A DNA stretch of 64,000 nt. Source: an uncultured Victivallales bacterium (GTDB taxonomy: Bacteria > Verrucomicrobiota > Lentisphaeria > Victivallales > UBA1829). This document shows positions 32,337 through 41,519 of the stretch, piece by piece; the first letter of the stretch is position 1; each line of letters begins with the position of its first letter. The position numbers and the translations under genes were made by a program. The DNA lies in contig CAKUDG010000005.1 of NCBI GenBank assembly GCA_934644965.1, forward strand, positions 264-64,263, given 5' to 3'. The notes beneath the pieces are model-generated. The model searched no databases, was not told the origin of the DNA, and saw nothing but the letters and a program-made list of their open reading frames with translations.

Positions 32337-34223
32337 TCATGGCTGCGGCTTCTTCGACGCCACGGGGAGAATCAGGTGCGAAGGATACTCATTCGAGTGA
32401 TACACCGTCTGCTCCGCGACACGCATTTGCGTTCCGAACGCCGGATCCTCCGCCGTATTCAGATTCCGGGTGTAATGCGGATAATTGCTGCTGGAAACCT
32501 CCAGACGCACGCAGTGCCCCTTGCGGAAAAGATGGGAGGTGACATCCACATAAATATCGAGTTCATACACCTTCCCCGGCTCCATGAGGACGCCCGGCTT
32601 GTCGAGACCGTTCCGGTAGCGGACTCGCAGGATGCCGTCGCAGACGTTCATGGGAACTCCGTCCGGCGAGACGTCCACGAGCTTTGCCGTGAAATCGGTG
32701 TCCGGCGCAGTGGAGCTGATGAAGAGTTTCAAACGCACCTCCCCCGTGACCTCCAGATCCTCCTCCAGCGCAGGAAGTGTATAGACAAGCACATCCTTCC
32801 GGTCCTCCACCGCCGACTGGTCCTTTCTTCCCCCCGCTCCGACCATGCGTCCGCCGCAGGTGGGCACCGGATCTGCGGGATCATACCGGAAATGATCCTT
32901 TCCCGATTCAGGCGCTCCGTCCGCGGAAGGCGGGTTCAGGGAGAGGACCCCGTCTCCGGAACGGCTGTTGGCTCCGCCGCGGCTGCCGAGATAATACTTC
33001 ACATCTCTGACATGGGCGGGAGGCCACTGATCGGTGTACTGCCACTGGTTCAGGCCCATGGTGAAATAGGCGATACGTCCGGGTTCGCGGTCGGTGGAGG
33101 GGTTTTTCCCGGTGAGGAGATTCTGGAGGAAATCAATTTCCAGATCCTCGGTCACCATGGAAGCGTCACCGAAATCATAGACTCCCTCCGGCGTGTTGAC
33201 GCCGTGTCCCCACGGGCCGATCCGCAGATAGGTATGGCGTTTGACATCCGCGGGAACATCCGGGTGATTCACAATGTCCTGATAGATCTGAATGCTTCCG
33301 CGTCCGAGGAGATCATACCAGCTGCCCTGAATGAACATGGCGGCGCGCAGATCCGGAAGGGATGTTTTCAGGTCAATCTCTTTCCAGTATTCATCGTAAA
33401 AAGGATGGGCGACGATATCTTTCCAGGCCTGGGCCGGAAGACCTGCGCGGTCATCCAGAGTCGCCACGGGCAGTTCCTGCTGAAGTGTTTTCCAGTCGGG
33501 TGGTACGGGGGGCGTCTTTCCTCTCGAACACATCCCGATATGCCAGGAGGGCATGAAGGAAAGCAGAAGGGCCCCGCCGTTGTAGTAGCAGTCGAACATG
33601 CAGGAACTGATTGCCGAAGGTGCCACGGCCTTCAGAACGGGATGTCCGGAGGACGCCGCCGCAAGCTGCGTCACCGCGACATAGGATCCGCCGACCATGC
33701 CCACATTGCCGTCACACCAGGGCTGGGAAGCGATCCATTCGAGGGTGTCGTATCCGTCGTTTTTCTCATCGCGCGAAGGGTTGCAGTCGCCCTCCGAATG
33801 GAAGCGGCCGCGGGTATCGACTCCCACAAAGGCGAAACCGCGCTTGATCCAGTCAAGCGCGCCTCCGTTCCGGGACGTGGTCGCACCGTACGGGGAACGC
33901 GTGAGAATTACCGGATACCTTCCCTCGTCCGGAGGCAGATAGACGTCCGCACACAACTGGACTCCGTCCCGCATCGGGATCTTCACATGAATATAAGTTC
34001 TGGCCTCGAAATTCATCTTCAATTTCTGGTTCTCCTGTTGTCCTGAAGTCTTTTTGATTTCCGTCTTTTCCATTTTCATTTCCGTACGCCGCGCGGGAGT
34101 GCCGGGTTCCGTTTTTTCTTCAGGCGCGGCCGCATGGGAAACGGCAACGGAACAGAAAAGGAGCACGGACACGGCCGCCGAGGAGGCGGCAAAAGGGAAA
34201 GAGGAGTTCGGAAACATTTTCAT
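32337..34223 (-). CDS. CocE/NonD-family (S15 X-Pro dipeptidyl-peptidase-like) serine hydrolase, secreted
   Basis: IPMRDGVQLCADVYLP...YPVILTRSPYG, GFAFVGVDTRGRFHSEGD, NVGMVGGSYVAVTQ. Signal peptide from ATG 34223 (MKMFPNSSFPFAASSAAVSVLLFCSVAVSHA). Confidence 0.85.
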   Translation of the reverse strand: MKMFPNSSFPFAASSAAVSVLLFCSVAVSHAAAPEEKTEPGTPARRTEMKMEKTEIKKTSGQQENQKLKMNFEARTYIHVKIPMRDGVQLCADVYLPPDEGRYPVILTRSPYGATTSRNGGALDWIKRGFAFVGVDTRGRFHSEGDCNPSRDEKNDGYDTLEWIASQPWCDGNVGMVGGSYVAVTQLAAASSGHPVLKAVAPSAISSCMFDCYYNGGALLLSFMPSWHIGMCSRGKTPPVPPDWKTLQQELPVATLDDRAGLPAQAWKDIVAHPFYDEYWKEIDLKTSLPDLRAAMFIQGSWYDLLGRGSIQIYQDIVNHPDVPADVKRHTYLRIGPWGHGVNTPEGVYDFGDASMVTEDLEIDFLQNLLTGKNPSTDREPGRIAYFTMGLNQWQYTDQWPPAHVRDVKYYLGSRGGANSRSGDGVLSLNPPSADGAPESGKDHFRYDPADPVPTCGGRMVGAGGRKDQSAVEDRKDVLVYTLPALEEDLEVTGEVRLKLFISSTAPDTDFTAKLVDVSPDGVPMNVCDGILRVRYRNGLDKPGVLMEPGKVYELDIYVDVTSHLFRKGHCVRLEVSSSNYPHYTRNLNTAEDPAFGTQMRVAEQTVYHSNEYPSHLILPVASKKPQP

Positions 34224-34375
34224 TCCTTCTGCATACTTTTTCACCGGGGATCCATCCACACCTTGTTTTGCATTGCTTCGTTTCGGACTCATCGATCATT
34301 CTCACTGCCGCATTCTTCCGGAACGGCGTCTCCCTTCATCCGGGAGGGGGATTCTCCGGGAAAGGGAGATAAGAG

Positions 34376-34405
34376 AAAGTCCGGACGGTTTCGCGTCCGG
34401 ACTTT
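34376..34405 (-). terminator. hairpin terminator after hpf (possibly bidirectional)
   Basis: AAAGTCCGGACG-gtttcg-CGTCCGGACTTT forms a perfect 12-bp stem 40 nt after the hpf stop. The flanks are U-rich on both strands. Confidence 0.5.
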
Positions 34406-34444
34406 TCCCGGCAGACGGCCGGTTTCCTCTGTGCGGCGGGGAAA

Positions 34445-34792
34445 TTATTCCTCTCCACCTGCGGAGACGACTCCCTTGTTTGCGGGATCCTTCTCCTTTT
34501 TGTGATCCTGCTTTTTGTCGAGGTACTTGCGCGCCTGTGTCTCCGCCTTCAGAACGGCTTCGTCCACCGCCTTGTACATGTTGTCGTACACTTCGGACGA
34601 GGCTTCGACCTGGAATTCCTTGATGTTCACAACCAGCTGCGCCTTGATGAGATTGCGCTGCTGATCAATAACCATCGTGGCCTTGCTGACCTTCAGACGC
34701 AGATCTGAAAAGGAGGCCTCTATGACTTCAACGGCATGCTGCCTGACCGATTCACTGAGATCGAAATGACGTGCGCTGACAATGATTTCCAT
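34445..34792 (-). CDS. hpf: ribosome hibernation-promoting factor (RaiA/HPF, short form)
   Basis: MEIIVSARHFDLSESVRQHAVEVIE...AQLVVNIKEFQVEASSEVYDNMYKAVDEAVLKAETQARKY. ATG 34792 is preceded by AGGAGGG. Confidence 0.9.
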   Translation of the reverse strand: MEIIVSARHFDLSESVRQHAVEVIEASFSDLRLKVSKATMVIDQQRNLIKAQLVVNIKEFQVEASSEVYDNMYKAVDEAVLKAETQARKYLDKKQDHKKEKDPANKGVVSAGGEE

Positions 34793-35067
34793 ATTCCAAA
34801 CCCTCCTGCTGATATGGTTCACCGTTCTGTTTGTTCCGGATCCAACTGTTCTGGCATCTCCGGCTTCCGTCGCTGGTAAGTATAGACGCAGTTCAAATGA
34901 AGTCAAGGACCTTTCCGCCCCATGACGGAAATAATGGAGATTTTTTCCCTTCACTCCGCCCCCATTTTCAGGAAAAATTCCGCTCCCGAGTATGGATAAA
35001 GACGTTTTCCGGGTGTATCTTCCAGACCTGACTCGAACAAGGAAAATCCAGGGAGAAAATCCGGCCC

Positions 35068-35943
35068 ATGAAAACCTATTCCATCTGTGCGGACTGCTTC
35101 CGGAAAGGAGCGGACGCAGTCCTGAGAAAAACAGCAGCCTCTCCGGAACTCAGAGAAAAGGTCATGAAGCGGATCGGCGAGATTCTCGGACAGGCCGATC
35201 CCGCTCTGCCCCCTCCGCTCGCGGCAAGAGACATCTATGACAGTCTCTACCGGATTCTCGGCATCTCCGATGCCTACCGGAAGGAAAAAATCCTTTCCAC
35301 AATCTGTGCAGAGAAAATTCTTTCCGCGGTCCGATCCGACCTGCTCTCGCATCCCGATCCGTTCGAGGCGGCGGCCCGTCTCGCGGCCTCGGGAAACATT
35401 CTGGATTACGGAGTCGATGCGAATCTCGATCTGGACAAGGCGCGGGAACTCATCCTGCGCGCCTTCACGGAACCCTGCGCGACAGAGGAAATCCGCCGCC
35501 TCCATGACGCCATGGAAAAGGCCGGAACCATCCTGTACATTCTGGACAATTGCGGAGAAGCCGTCTTCGACCGTTTTTTCATGACTCCTTTCCGTTCCAA
35601 AATCACTCTCGCCGTCCGCGGGAAACCCGTCCTGAACGACGTCACACGGGAGGAACTTGCGCCATCCGGTCTCGAAAACTTCTGCCGGAACACAATCGAC
35701 ACCGGAGACAATACGCCGGGAATCGACTTCGGTCATTCCAGTCCAGAATTCCTTCAGGCGTTCCATTCGGCGGATCTCGTCATTGCCAAAGGGCAGGGAA
35801 ATTTTGAAACGCTCTATCAGCTGACGGATCGCCCTCTGTGCTGTCTCTTCCGTGCAAAATGCGCCGCTGTTTCCGGACTGCTGAACGTTCCACCCCTGAG
35901 TCTTCAGATTCTCACCGACAACTTCAGGAGCTCTTCCATCTGA
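35068..35943 (+). CDS. DUF89/ARMT1-family damage-control phosphatase
   Basis: ILDNCGEAVFD and AKGQGNFETL motifs typical of DUF89; N-terminal Cys pair CADC. Confidence 0.8.
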   Translation: MKTYSICADCFRKGADAVLRKTAASPELREKVMKRIGEILGQADPALPPPLAARDIYDSLYRILGISDAYRKEKILSTICAEKILSAVRSDLLSHPDPFEAAARLAASGNILDYGVDANLDLDKARELILRAFTEPCATEEIRRLHDAMEKAGTILYILDNCGEAVFDRFFMTPFRSKITLAVRGKPVLNDVTREELAPSGLENFCRNTIDTGDNTPGIDFGHSSPEFLQAFHSADLVIAKGQGNFETLYQLTDRPLCCLFRAKCAAVSGLLNVPPLSLQILTDNFRSSSI

Positions 35944-36243
35944 CAAACTTCTGTTCCTTTTCCCCCGCCCTCTTCTCTTCTCCCTTTTCCGCCATATCCC
36001 GGGAAACAGACAGAAAAAACAGGCGGGAAAGATTGCCGTAAGATTGCCGTAAGACTGATAACATCATTTAGTCTTTTTTCAGAATTTCAGAAGTTTAAGG
36101 AAAGAATCCAAGGAGGAAATCACGTTCCCATGAAGAGACTCTTCTTTCCTTCTCTTTTCTCCTTTTCTACGAACAGGAATAAAAAAACAGTCCCCAGGCG
36201 GGAGCAACAAGCGCAGAGGCGGCAGAAGAAAAAGGGATCCGCG

Positions 36244-37887
36244 ATGAGTTCCCTCCGCCAGACCGCCATGCGTCTTCTTGTCTTTGTCTTTCTGCTTCCG
36301 TATTTCCCTTTCCCGACGTCGATCACGGCAAATGGGGCGGACGCGAAACAACGGGAGAATCCGGTCCGCCTGACCGTGCTTCAGACGACCGACCTGCACG
36401 GTGCGGCGGGTGCGGCGGGGAGAGACGACATTCCGGGAATCGCCCGGATCGTTTCCATCGTCGAATCGGAAAGGAAACGGGATCAGGAACTGCTGCTGAT
36501 CGACTGCGGGGACACGGCACTGGGATCGTTCTCATCGACTCTGGACGGTGGCGACTCCATGTTCCGCGTCATGAATCTTGCCCGCTACGACGCATGGATT
36601 CCCGGAAATCACGATTTCGACCGCGGCATTCCCCTGCTTCTGAAACATGCCGGAATGCTCGAAGCCCGCCCTCTGGCGGCCAATCTCGAAATTCAGAAGG
36701 AAGAGGGAAACGCTGTGTTTGAAGACTGGATTCTGCTGGAGAGGAAGGGGTTGCGCATTGCCGTCATCGGAATGGTGCCGGAACACCTGTCCCAGTGGAT
36801 CGCCCCGGCGCAGCTGGAGGGCTCGTCGAGGCACGGGATTCTCGAAACGCTCGACAGGATTCTTCCCCGGATCATGCGCGCCTCCCCGGATCTGATCCTT
36901 CTGGCCGTCCACGCGGGAGAATTCACACAGGGGCGTTTGTACAAAGACGGGAAGCGCCGCTCCCTTTCCGAAATCACGGCACGCTATCCGCAGATTCATC
37001 TGCTCCTCGGCGGACATTCGCATCAATGCGTGCCGGGGAAGAAACTGTATCCGGATTCGTGGTTCGTGCAGGGCCCGCCTTTCGCGGAAGGAGCCGCAAG
37101 AACGGTCATCGAATACGACAGGAAGCAGCGGAGGATCCTTTCCATGCAGACGGACATTCTTTTTTCCCGGGATTATCCGGATTCACCGGAAACCATGGAT
37201 CTTCTGACCCCCCTGCTCCGCGAAACGGAAATCGCCGCCAAGAAAACAGTCGCACGCTTCGATTGCGGAGAAGGAGGAAGCTCTGCTCTTCGCGGAAATC
37301 TTTCCGCCTCCGCCGTCACCCGCCTTTTCTGCCGGGCGATGACGGAGGAGACTCATGCCGCCGCAGCCTTTCTCAGCATTCCGGAAAAGCGGTCCCTCCC
37401 TCCTTCTTCCCCGCCCTTCTCCCCCGGCACTACCGCCGCCGGCGGCAGCACAGTACTCACGGAAAGACAGCTCTTCGACTGGATGCCTTATGAAAACTTC
37501 ATTACAATCCTGCATCTGAATTCCGCTGAGGCGGAAGCCATCATCAATGAACAGGAACGGCTTGAAAACAGGAAAAGCGCCATGATCGCCTATGGTCTGG
37601 AATACCGTCTGAATGCGGAACGCAGATCCGTGGAAGGCCCACTGCTCCTGAGCCCAGGGACGCAGTCCCGGGAGAAAGGAGAACTCTGGGAATCCGGCCG
37701 CATCCGGCTCCCCTTCGCCTTCAGCGGCTACGCGGCATCCGGAGCGGGAGGCCGATACCCCGTTCTCCGCTGCATAGCGGCTTCGGAAGCGGTACAGCGC
37801 CGCGATCTGCCCCTGACGATTCGTGACGCCGTGCGCCGTTTTTTGATGAAAAATTATCCGCCCTCCTCTGCCGGGGGCTTGAAATAG
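36244..37887 (+). CDS. secreted bifunctional metallophosphatase/5'-nucleotidase (UshA/CpdB-like)
   Basis: TTDLHG, DCGDTALGS and PGNHDFDRG motifs. Signal peptide from ATG 36244 (MSSLRQTAMRLLVFVFLL). Confidence 0.85.
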   Translation: MSSLRQTAMRLLVFVFLLPYFPFPTSITANGADAKQRENPVRLTVLQTTDLHGAAGAAGRDDIPGIARIVSIVESERKRDQELLLIDCGDTALGSFSSTLDGGDSMFRVMNLARYDAWIPGNHDFDRGIPLLLKHAGMLEARPLAANLEIQKEEGNAVFEDWILLERKGLRIAVIGMVPEHLSQWIAPAQLEGSSRHGILETLDRILPRIMRASPDLILLAVHAGEFTQGRLYKDGKRRSLSEITARYPQIHLLLGGHSHQCVPGKKLYPDSWFVQGPPFAEGAARTVIEYDRKQRRILSMQTDILFSRDYPDSPETMDLLTPLLRETEIAAKKTVARFDCGEGGSSALRGNLSASAVTRLFCRAMTEETHAAAAFLSIPEKRSLPPSSPPFSPGTTAAGGSTVLTERQLFDWMPYENFITILHLNSAEAEAIINEQERLENRKSAMIAYGLEYRLNAERRSVEGPLLLSPGTQSREKGELWESGRIRLPFAFSGYAASGAGGRYPVLRCIAASEAVQRRDLPLTIRDAVRRFLMKNYPPSSAGGLK

Positions 37888-38240
37888 GGAGGAAGCACGC
37901 CATATTATCTACTTTCTGAGCTTCTGTTTGAAAAATTCTGAACGCGTATTTTCCCCGCTCAGTTTTTCCCCCGCCTCTCCTTCCGGAGCGGGCAGGAGGA
38001 AGTCCCAGCCCCGGAGCAACGAAAAAAACGGGGAAAATTTCGGAAGCCCGATGCAAAAAAGCGCGGAAATAACATACAAAGCAATAAAGAGGAAAGGGAA
38101 AGAAAAAGAGCGGGAATGACAACCATCACGATGATGTCGGTGATGATGATATGATGTCTGCCGCGGTGTCTCTCATGGCGGGAAGAAATCTCCGCATGGA
38201 GACAGGTTTCCTTTTCCGGAAAACAACTTTTTGAAAACGC

Positions 38241-38795
38241 ATGGAAATGAAGATGAAAACGGATCCTCCGGATCCCGGGAAAAGAAAGGAAGGAAGAGAA
38301 CGGGAGTCTCGGCGGAACCGTTTCCGGATTTGTCCGCCGGGATTCATTCTGTATGCGGGTCTGTTTTTTCCCGTTTGTCTTCTTCTTTGCTCCTGCGCGG
38401 GACAAACGGACGGAACGGGAATGGAAACGGAATCCGGGGAATACGTTCCTTCCGAGGAGGACAAACTGACAAAACAGGAGATCAAAGACTACATTCACCA
38501 TGCTCGCGAAATTGCGGGGAAGGCGAAACTTGTTTCGGCGGAACGGGAAATGATCCGGGAGCTGGAGCCGGAACTGGACATCCGCTACCGCGGACGCAAG
38601 AGGGGGAAAATGACAATTGAATGGAAACTGCCGACAACGCGTCTGGTGCGTCTGACCGTGACAGGAGACTTTCTTGTGAAACGTCCGCGCTGGCATCTCC
38701 AGATCATGACGTATGAAACTCCATCGGAAGGGGCCTCCTACCGTTTTCTCGGGGAAAACGAAACGCTGAGACCGTTCGTTCCTCCGGGGAAATAA
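38241..38795 (+). CDS. hypothetical protein, possible lipoprotein
   Basis: Hydrophobic stretch FILYAGLFFPVCLLLCSCAGQ with a possible lipobox (LCS|C). The remainder has a normal globular composition. No family recognised. Confidence 0.5.
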   Translation: MEMKMKTDPPDPGKRKEGRERESRRNRFRICPPGFILYAGLFFPVCLLLCSCAGQTDGTGMETESGEYVPSEEDKLTKQEIKDYIHHAREIAGKAKLVSAEREMIRELEPELDIRYRGRKRGKMTIEWKLPTTRLVRLTVTGDFLVKRPRWHLQIMTYETPSEGASYRFLGENETLRPFVPPGK

Positions 38796-38837
38796 GGAGA
38801 TATCCTCAAGGAATGCGGATATTTTTCAAAAAAGAAT

Positions 38838-38865
38838 TTGAAGAATGCAGTCTTTGCATTATATT
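38838..38865 (+). promoter_or_regulatory. sigma70-type promoter upstream of rplU
   Basis: TTGAAG (38838-38843) - 16 nt - TATATT (38860-38865). Confidence 0.45.
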
Positions 38866-38933
38866 AACAGGCTCCGGGAGATTGGAAAAATCGGAAACAT
38901 TTTAAATACGGAAAAACAGCGGGAGTGGTTGAC

Positions 38934-39242
38934 ATGTACGCAGTAATCGCCGCAGGAGGCAGACAGTTCAAGGTGCAGGAAAAGGAAGTCGTTGCCATGG
39001 AACGGCTGACCGGGGAAGCGGGCGCGAAAGTTTCCTTTACGGAAGTTCTCGCCGTGGGTGAAGGAGCTGAACTCAAGCTCGGAACGCCCTTCGTGGAAGG
39101 TGCAAAGGTGGAGGCGGAAATTCTGGAACATTTCCGCGGGCCCAAACTGATCGCCTTCAAAATGAAAAGACGCAAAGGCTGTCGGAAACGCAAAGGTCAC
39201 AGACAGGAACTGACAAAGGTCAGGATCCTCTCCATAGCTTGA
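38934..39242 (+). CDS. rplU: 50S ribosomal protein L21
   Basis: MYAVIAAGGRQFKVQEKEVV...FKMKRRKGCRKRKGHRQELTKVRI, full-length L21. The ORF opens at GTG 38925. Confidence 0.95.
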   Translation: MYAVIAAGGRQFKVQEKEVVAMERLTGEAGAKVSFTEVLAVGEGAELKLGTPFVEGAKVEAEILEHFRGPKLIAFKMKRRKGCRKRKGHRQELTKVRILSIA

Positions 39243-39260
39243 GGTTGAAAAAAACATATT

Positions 39261-40160
39261 ATGAAATACGACTCCAACGGGGCACTGCTGGAAACGGAAA
39301 TTCCTGGTTTACCACGTCTTCATCAGGGAAAAGTACGGGATATTTATGATCTGGGGGATTCGCTTCTTTTTGTCGCGACGGACAGGATCAGTGCATTTGA
39401 CTGCGTCATGCCCAACGGGATTCCCGACAAGGGACGCGTTCTCACAGCCATGTCGCTCTTCTGGTTCGACTATCTTTCCTGGGCAACGAATCATCTTCTG
39501 GCGTCCGACATATCGGACTTCCCGGTTTCCCTGAAGCCTTACAGCTCGGATCTGGCAGGTCGGTCCTTGATTGTCAAGAAGGCGAAAACGATCCCTCTGG
39601 AATGCATTGTCCGCGGCTACATTACGGGCAGCGGATGGAAGGAATATCAGAAGAGCGGAACGGTTGGAGGGTATCGTCTCCGGAGCGGATACCGTCAGGC
39701 GGAAAAGCTGGACAAGGCTCTGTTCACGCCGTCCACGAAGGCGGAGTCCGGGCATGACGAAAATCTGTCATTTGAAGAGGCCGGAAAACTCATCGGAGAA
39801 GAAAAAGCACAGAATCTTTCGGACTTCTCGCTTCGGATCTACAAGGATGCGGCGAAACACGCCGAAAAGTGCGGCATCATTCTGGCCGACACGAAATTTG
39901 AATTCGGAGAACTCGACGGGGAAATCATCCTCATCGATGAAGTCCTGACTCCGGACTCCAGCCGCTTCTGGCCGAAGGACCAGTATCAAATCGGCTGCAA
40001 TCCGCCCAGTCTGGACAAGCAGTTTGTCCGGGATTATCTGGAATCTTTGGACTGGAACAAAACTCCGCCCGCCCCGGAGCTTCCGCTGGAAATTGTGGAA
40101 AAGACCCGGGAAAAATACCTTGGAGCCTTGAAAGCGCTCAGCGGACGCAGTCTCGACTGA
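39261..40160 (+). CDS. purC: phosphoribosylaminoimidazole-succinocarboxamide synthase
   Basis: GKVRDIYDLGDSLLFVATDRISAFD, LADTKFEFG and DEVLTPDSSRFW are SAICAR synthetase motifs. Confidence 0.95.
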   Translation: MKYDSNGALLETEIPGLPRLHQGKVRDIYDLGDSLLFVATDRISAFDCVMPNGIPDKGRVLTAMSLFWFDYLSWATNHLLASDISDFPVSLKPYSSDLAGRSLIVKKAKTIPLECIVRGYITGSGWKEYQKSGTVGGYRLRSGYRQAEKLDKALFTPSTKAESGHDENLSFEEAGKLIGEEKAQNLSDFSLRIYKDAAKHAEKCGIILADTKFEFGELDGEIILIDEVLTPDSSRFWPKDQYQIGCNPPSLDKQFVRDYLESLDWNKTPPAPELPLEIVEKTREKYLGALKALSGRSLD

Positions 40161-40257
40161 TCCAGCGCGGGGAACGGGGACCGCGACTGGACAAAGCGGT
40201 CGTCCTGCAGAGGTTGAAAGTAAGAAGAAGATCGAGGGGCCGATCAAGCGCCCCGGA

Positions 40258-40300
40258 ACGGCGGATCCGGATGAAAAAGAATCCGGACCGCCGTCTTTCT
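40258..40300 (+). promoter_or_regulatory. 14-bp hairpin with weak U-tract, 44 nt upstream of metX (purC terminator or metX attenuator)
   Basis: ACGGCGG-A-TCCGGAT / ATCCGGA-CCGCCGT with loop GAAAAAGA, followed by CTTTCT. Confidence 0.45.
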
Positions 40301-40343
40301 GAGATCAGAGAACGGAAAAGCACAGTTCGGAGACCCCCCAGGC

Positions 40344-41519
40344 ATGAAAACGGATGACAGTCTCATCATCAACAGCGTCGGCATAGTCACGCCCCGGGAT
40401 TTCTTCTTCGGCGATTCGGAGGAAGACGAACTCAGGCTGGACTGCGGCAAGACTCTGCGCGGCGTCACGCTGCGTTACGAGACCTACGGGACTCTTTCTC
40501 CGGCAAAGGACAACGCCATTCTAGTGGAACACGCGCTGACCGGAGACGCCCATCTGGCGGGCCGTCATTCCGAAGACGATGCGAAACCAGGCTGGTGGGA
40601 TGCAGTCGTCGGTCCCGGGAAGCCGTTTGACACGGACAAATACTTCATTGTCTGCAGCAACATCATAGGCGGCTGCTCCGGTTCGACGGGGCCGCGTTCG
40701 ATCGATCCTGCCACAGGGAAACGCTACAATATGAATTTTCCCGTCATCACCATCGGGGACATGGTCCGTGCGCAGAAGCGCCTGATGGATCATCTGGGGA
40801 TCCGGCGCTGGCTTGCGGTGGCGGGCGGCTCCATGGGGGGAATGCTGGCGCTGCAGTGGGCCATCGACTATCCGGACTGCGTCTGCGGACACATCTGCAT
40901 TGCGACCACATCCCGGATTTCGCCGCAGTCCATCGCCTTCAACTGGGTCGGCAGAGAGGCCATCATGAGCGATCCGCAGTGGAAGAACGGAGAATACGAG
41001 GAACAGCCGCAGAAGGGACTGGCCATTGCACGAATGCTGGCGCATATCACCTATCTGAGCGAGGAGTCCATGCGCCGGAAATTCGGGCGTCTGCTCCAGG
41101 ATTCCGAGGATTATTCGTTCGACTTCGACAAGGATTTCCGGATTGAAAGCTATCTCCAGCATCAGGGAACACGCTTTGTTGAACGCTTCGACGCCAACTC
41201 CTATTTGTACATCACCCGCGCCATCGACTATTTTGACATTTCCGACGCATCGGAAGGCGACATGGCAAAAGCCTTTTCCAGGACAAAAGCACCGTTTCTG
41301 GTCGTTTCCTTCACGAGCGACTGGCTTTTCCCGTCGTACCAGTCAAGAGACATTGTGAAGGCGCTTCTGGACAACCGTCTGGACGTGACTTTCTGCAACA
41401 TCGAGTCCTCCTACGGGCATGACGCCTTCCTTCTGGAAACGGAAACACTCGGCTCCCTGATCTCCAGTTTCCTCACCGGCCGGACTCAGGATCTCAAGGA
41501 GAAAAGACAAGATGACTGA
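40344..41519 (+). CDS. metX: homoserine O-acetyltransferase
   Basis: LRYETYGTL...NAILVEHALTGDAHLAG...WWDAVVGPGKPFDTDKYFIVCSNIIGGCSGSTGP...AGGSMGGMLALQW. Confidence 0.95.
   Translation: MKTDDSLIINSVGIVTPRDFFFGDSEEDELRLDCGKTLRGVTLRYETYGTLSPAKDNAILVEHALTGDAHLAGRHSEDDAKPGWWDAVVGPGKPFDTDKYFIVCSNIIGGCSGSTGPRSIDPATGKRYNMNFPVITIGDMVRAQKRLMDHLGIRRWLAVAGGSMGGMLALQWAIDYPDCVCGHICIATTSRISPQSIAFNWVGREAIMSDPQWKNGEYEEQPQKGLAIARMLAHITYLSEESMRRKFGRLLQDSEDYSFDFDKDFRIESYLQHQGTRFVERFDANSYLYITRAIDYFDISDASEGDMAKAFSRTKAPFLVVSFTSDWLFPSYQSRDIVKALLDNRLDVTFCNIESSYGHDAFLLETETLGSLISSFLTGRTQDLKEKRQDD

Noticed and set aside
21636-34292. Longer upstream starts for several ORFs: 12312, 20717, 29583, 29548, 34292, 34954, 36130, 51321, 1075 and 1012.
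   Set aside because: The extra N-terminal residues are low-complexity or overlap the preceding gene. Internal ATGs sit behind clear AGGAG-type RBSs and align with family N-termini.
40161-40343. A known SAM riboswitch class upstream of metX.
   Set aside because: The SAM-I core elements (GAGGGA...GGCCC...GCAAC) are absent, as is a SAM-II/V-like pseudoknot signature as far as I recall it. Only generic alternative hairpins are visible.
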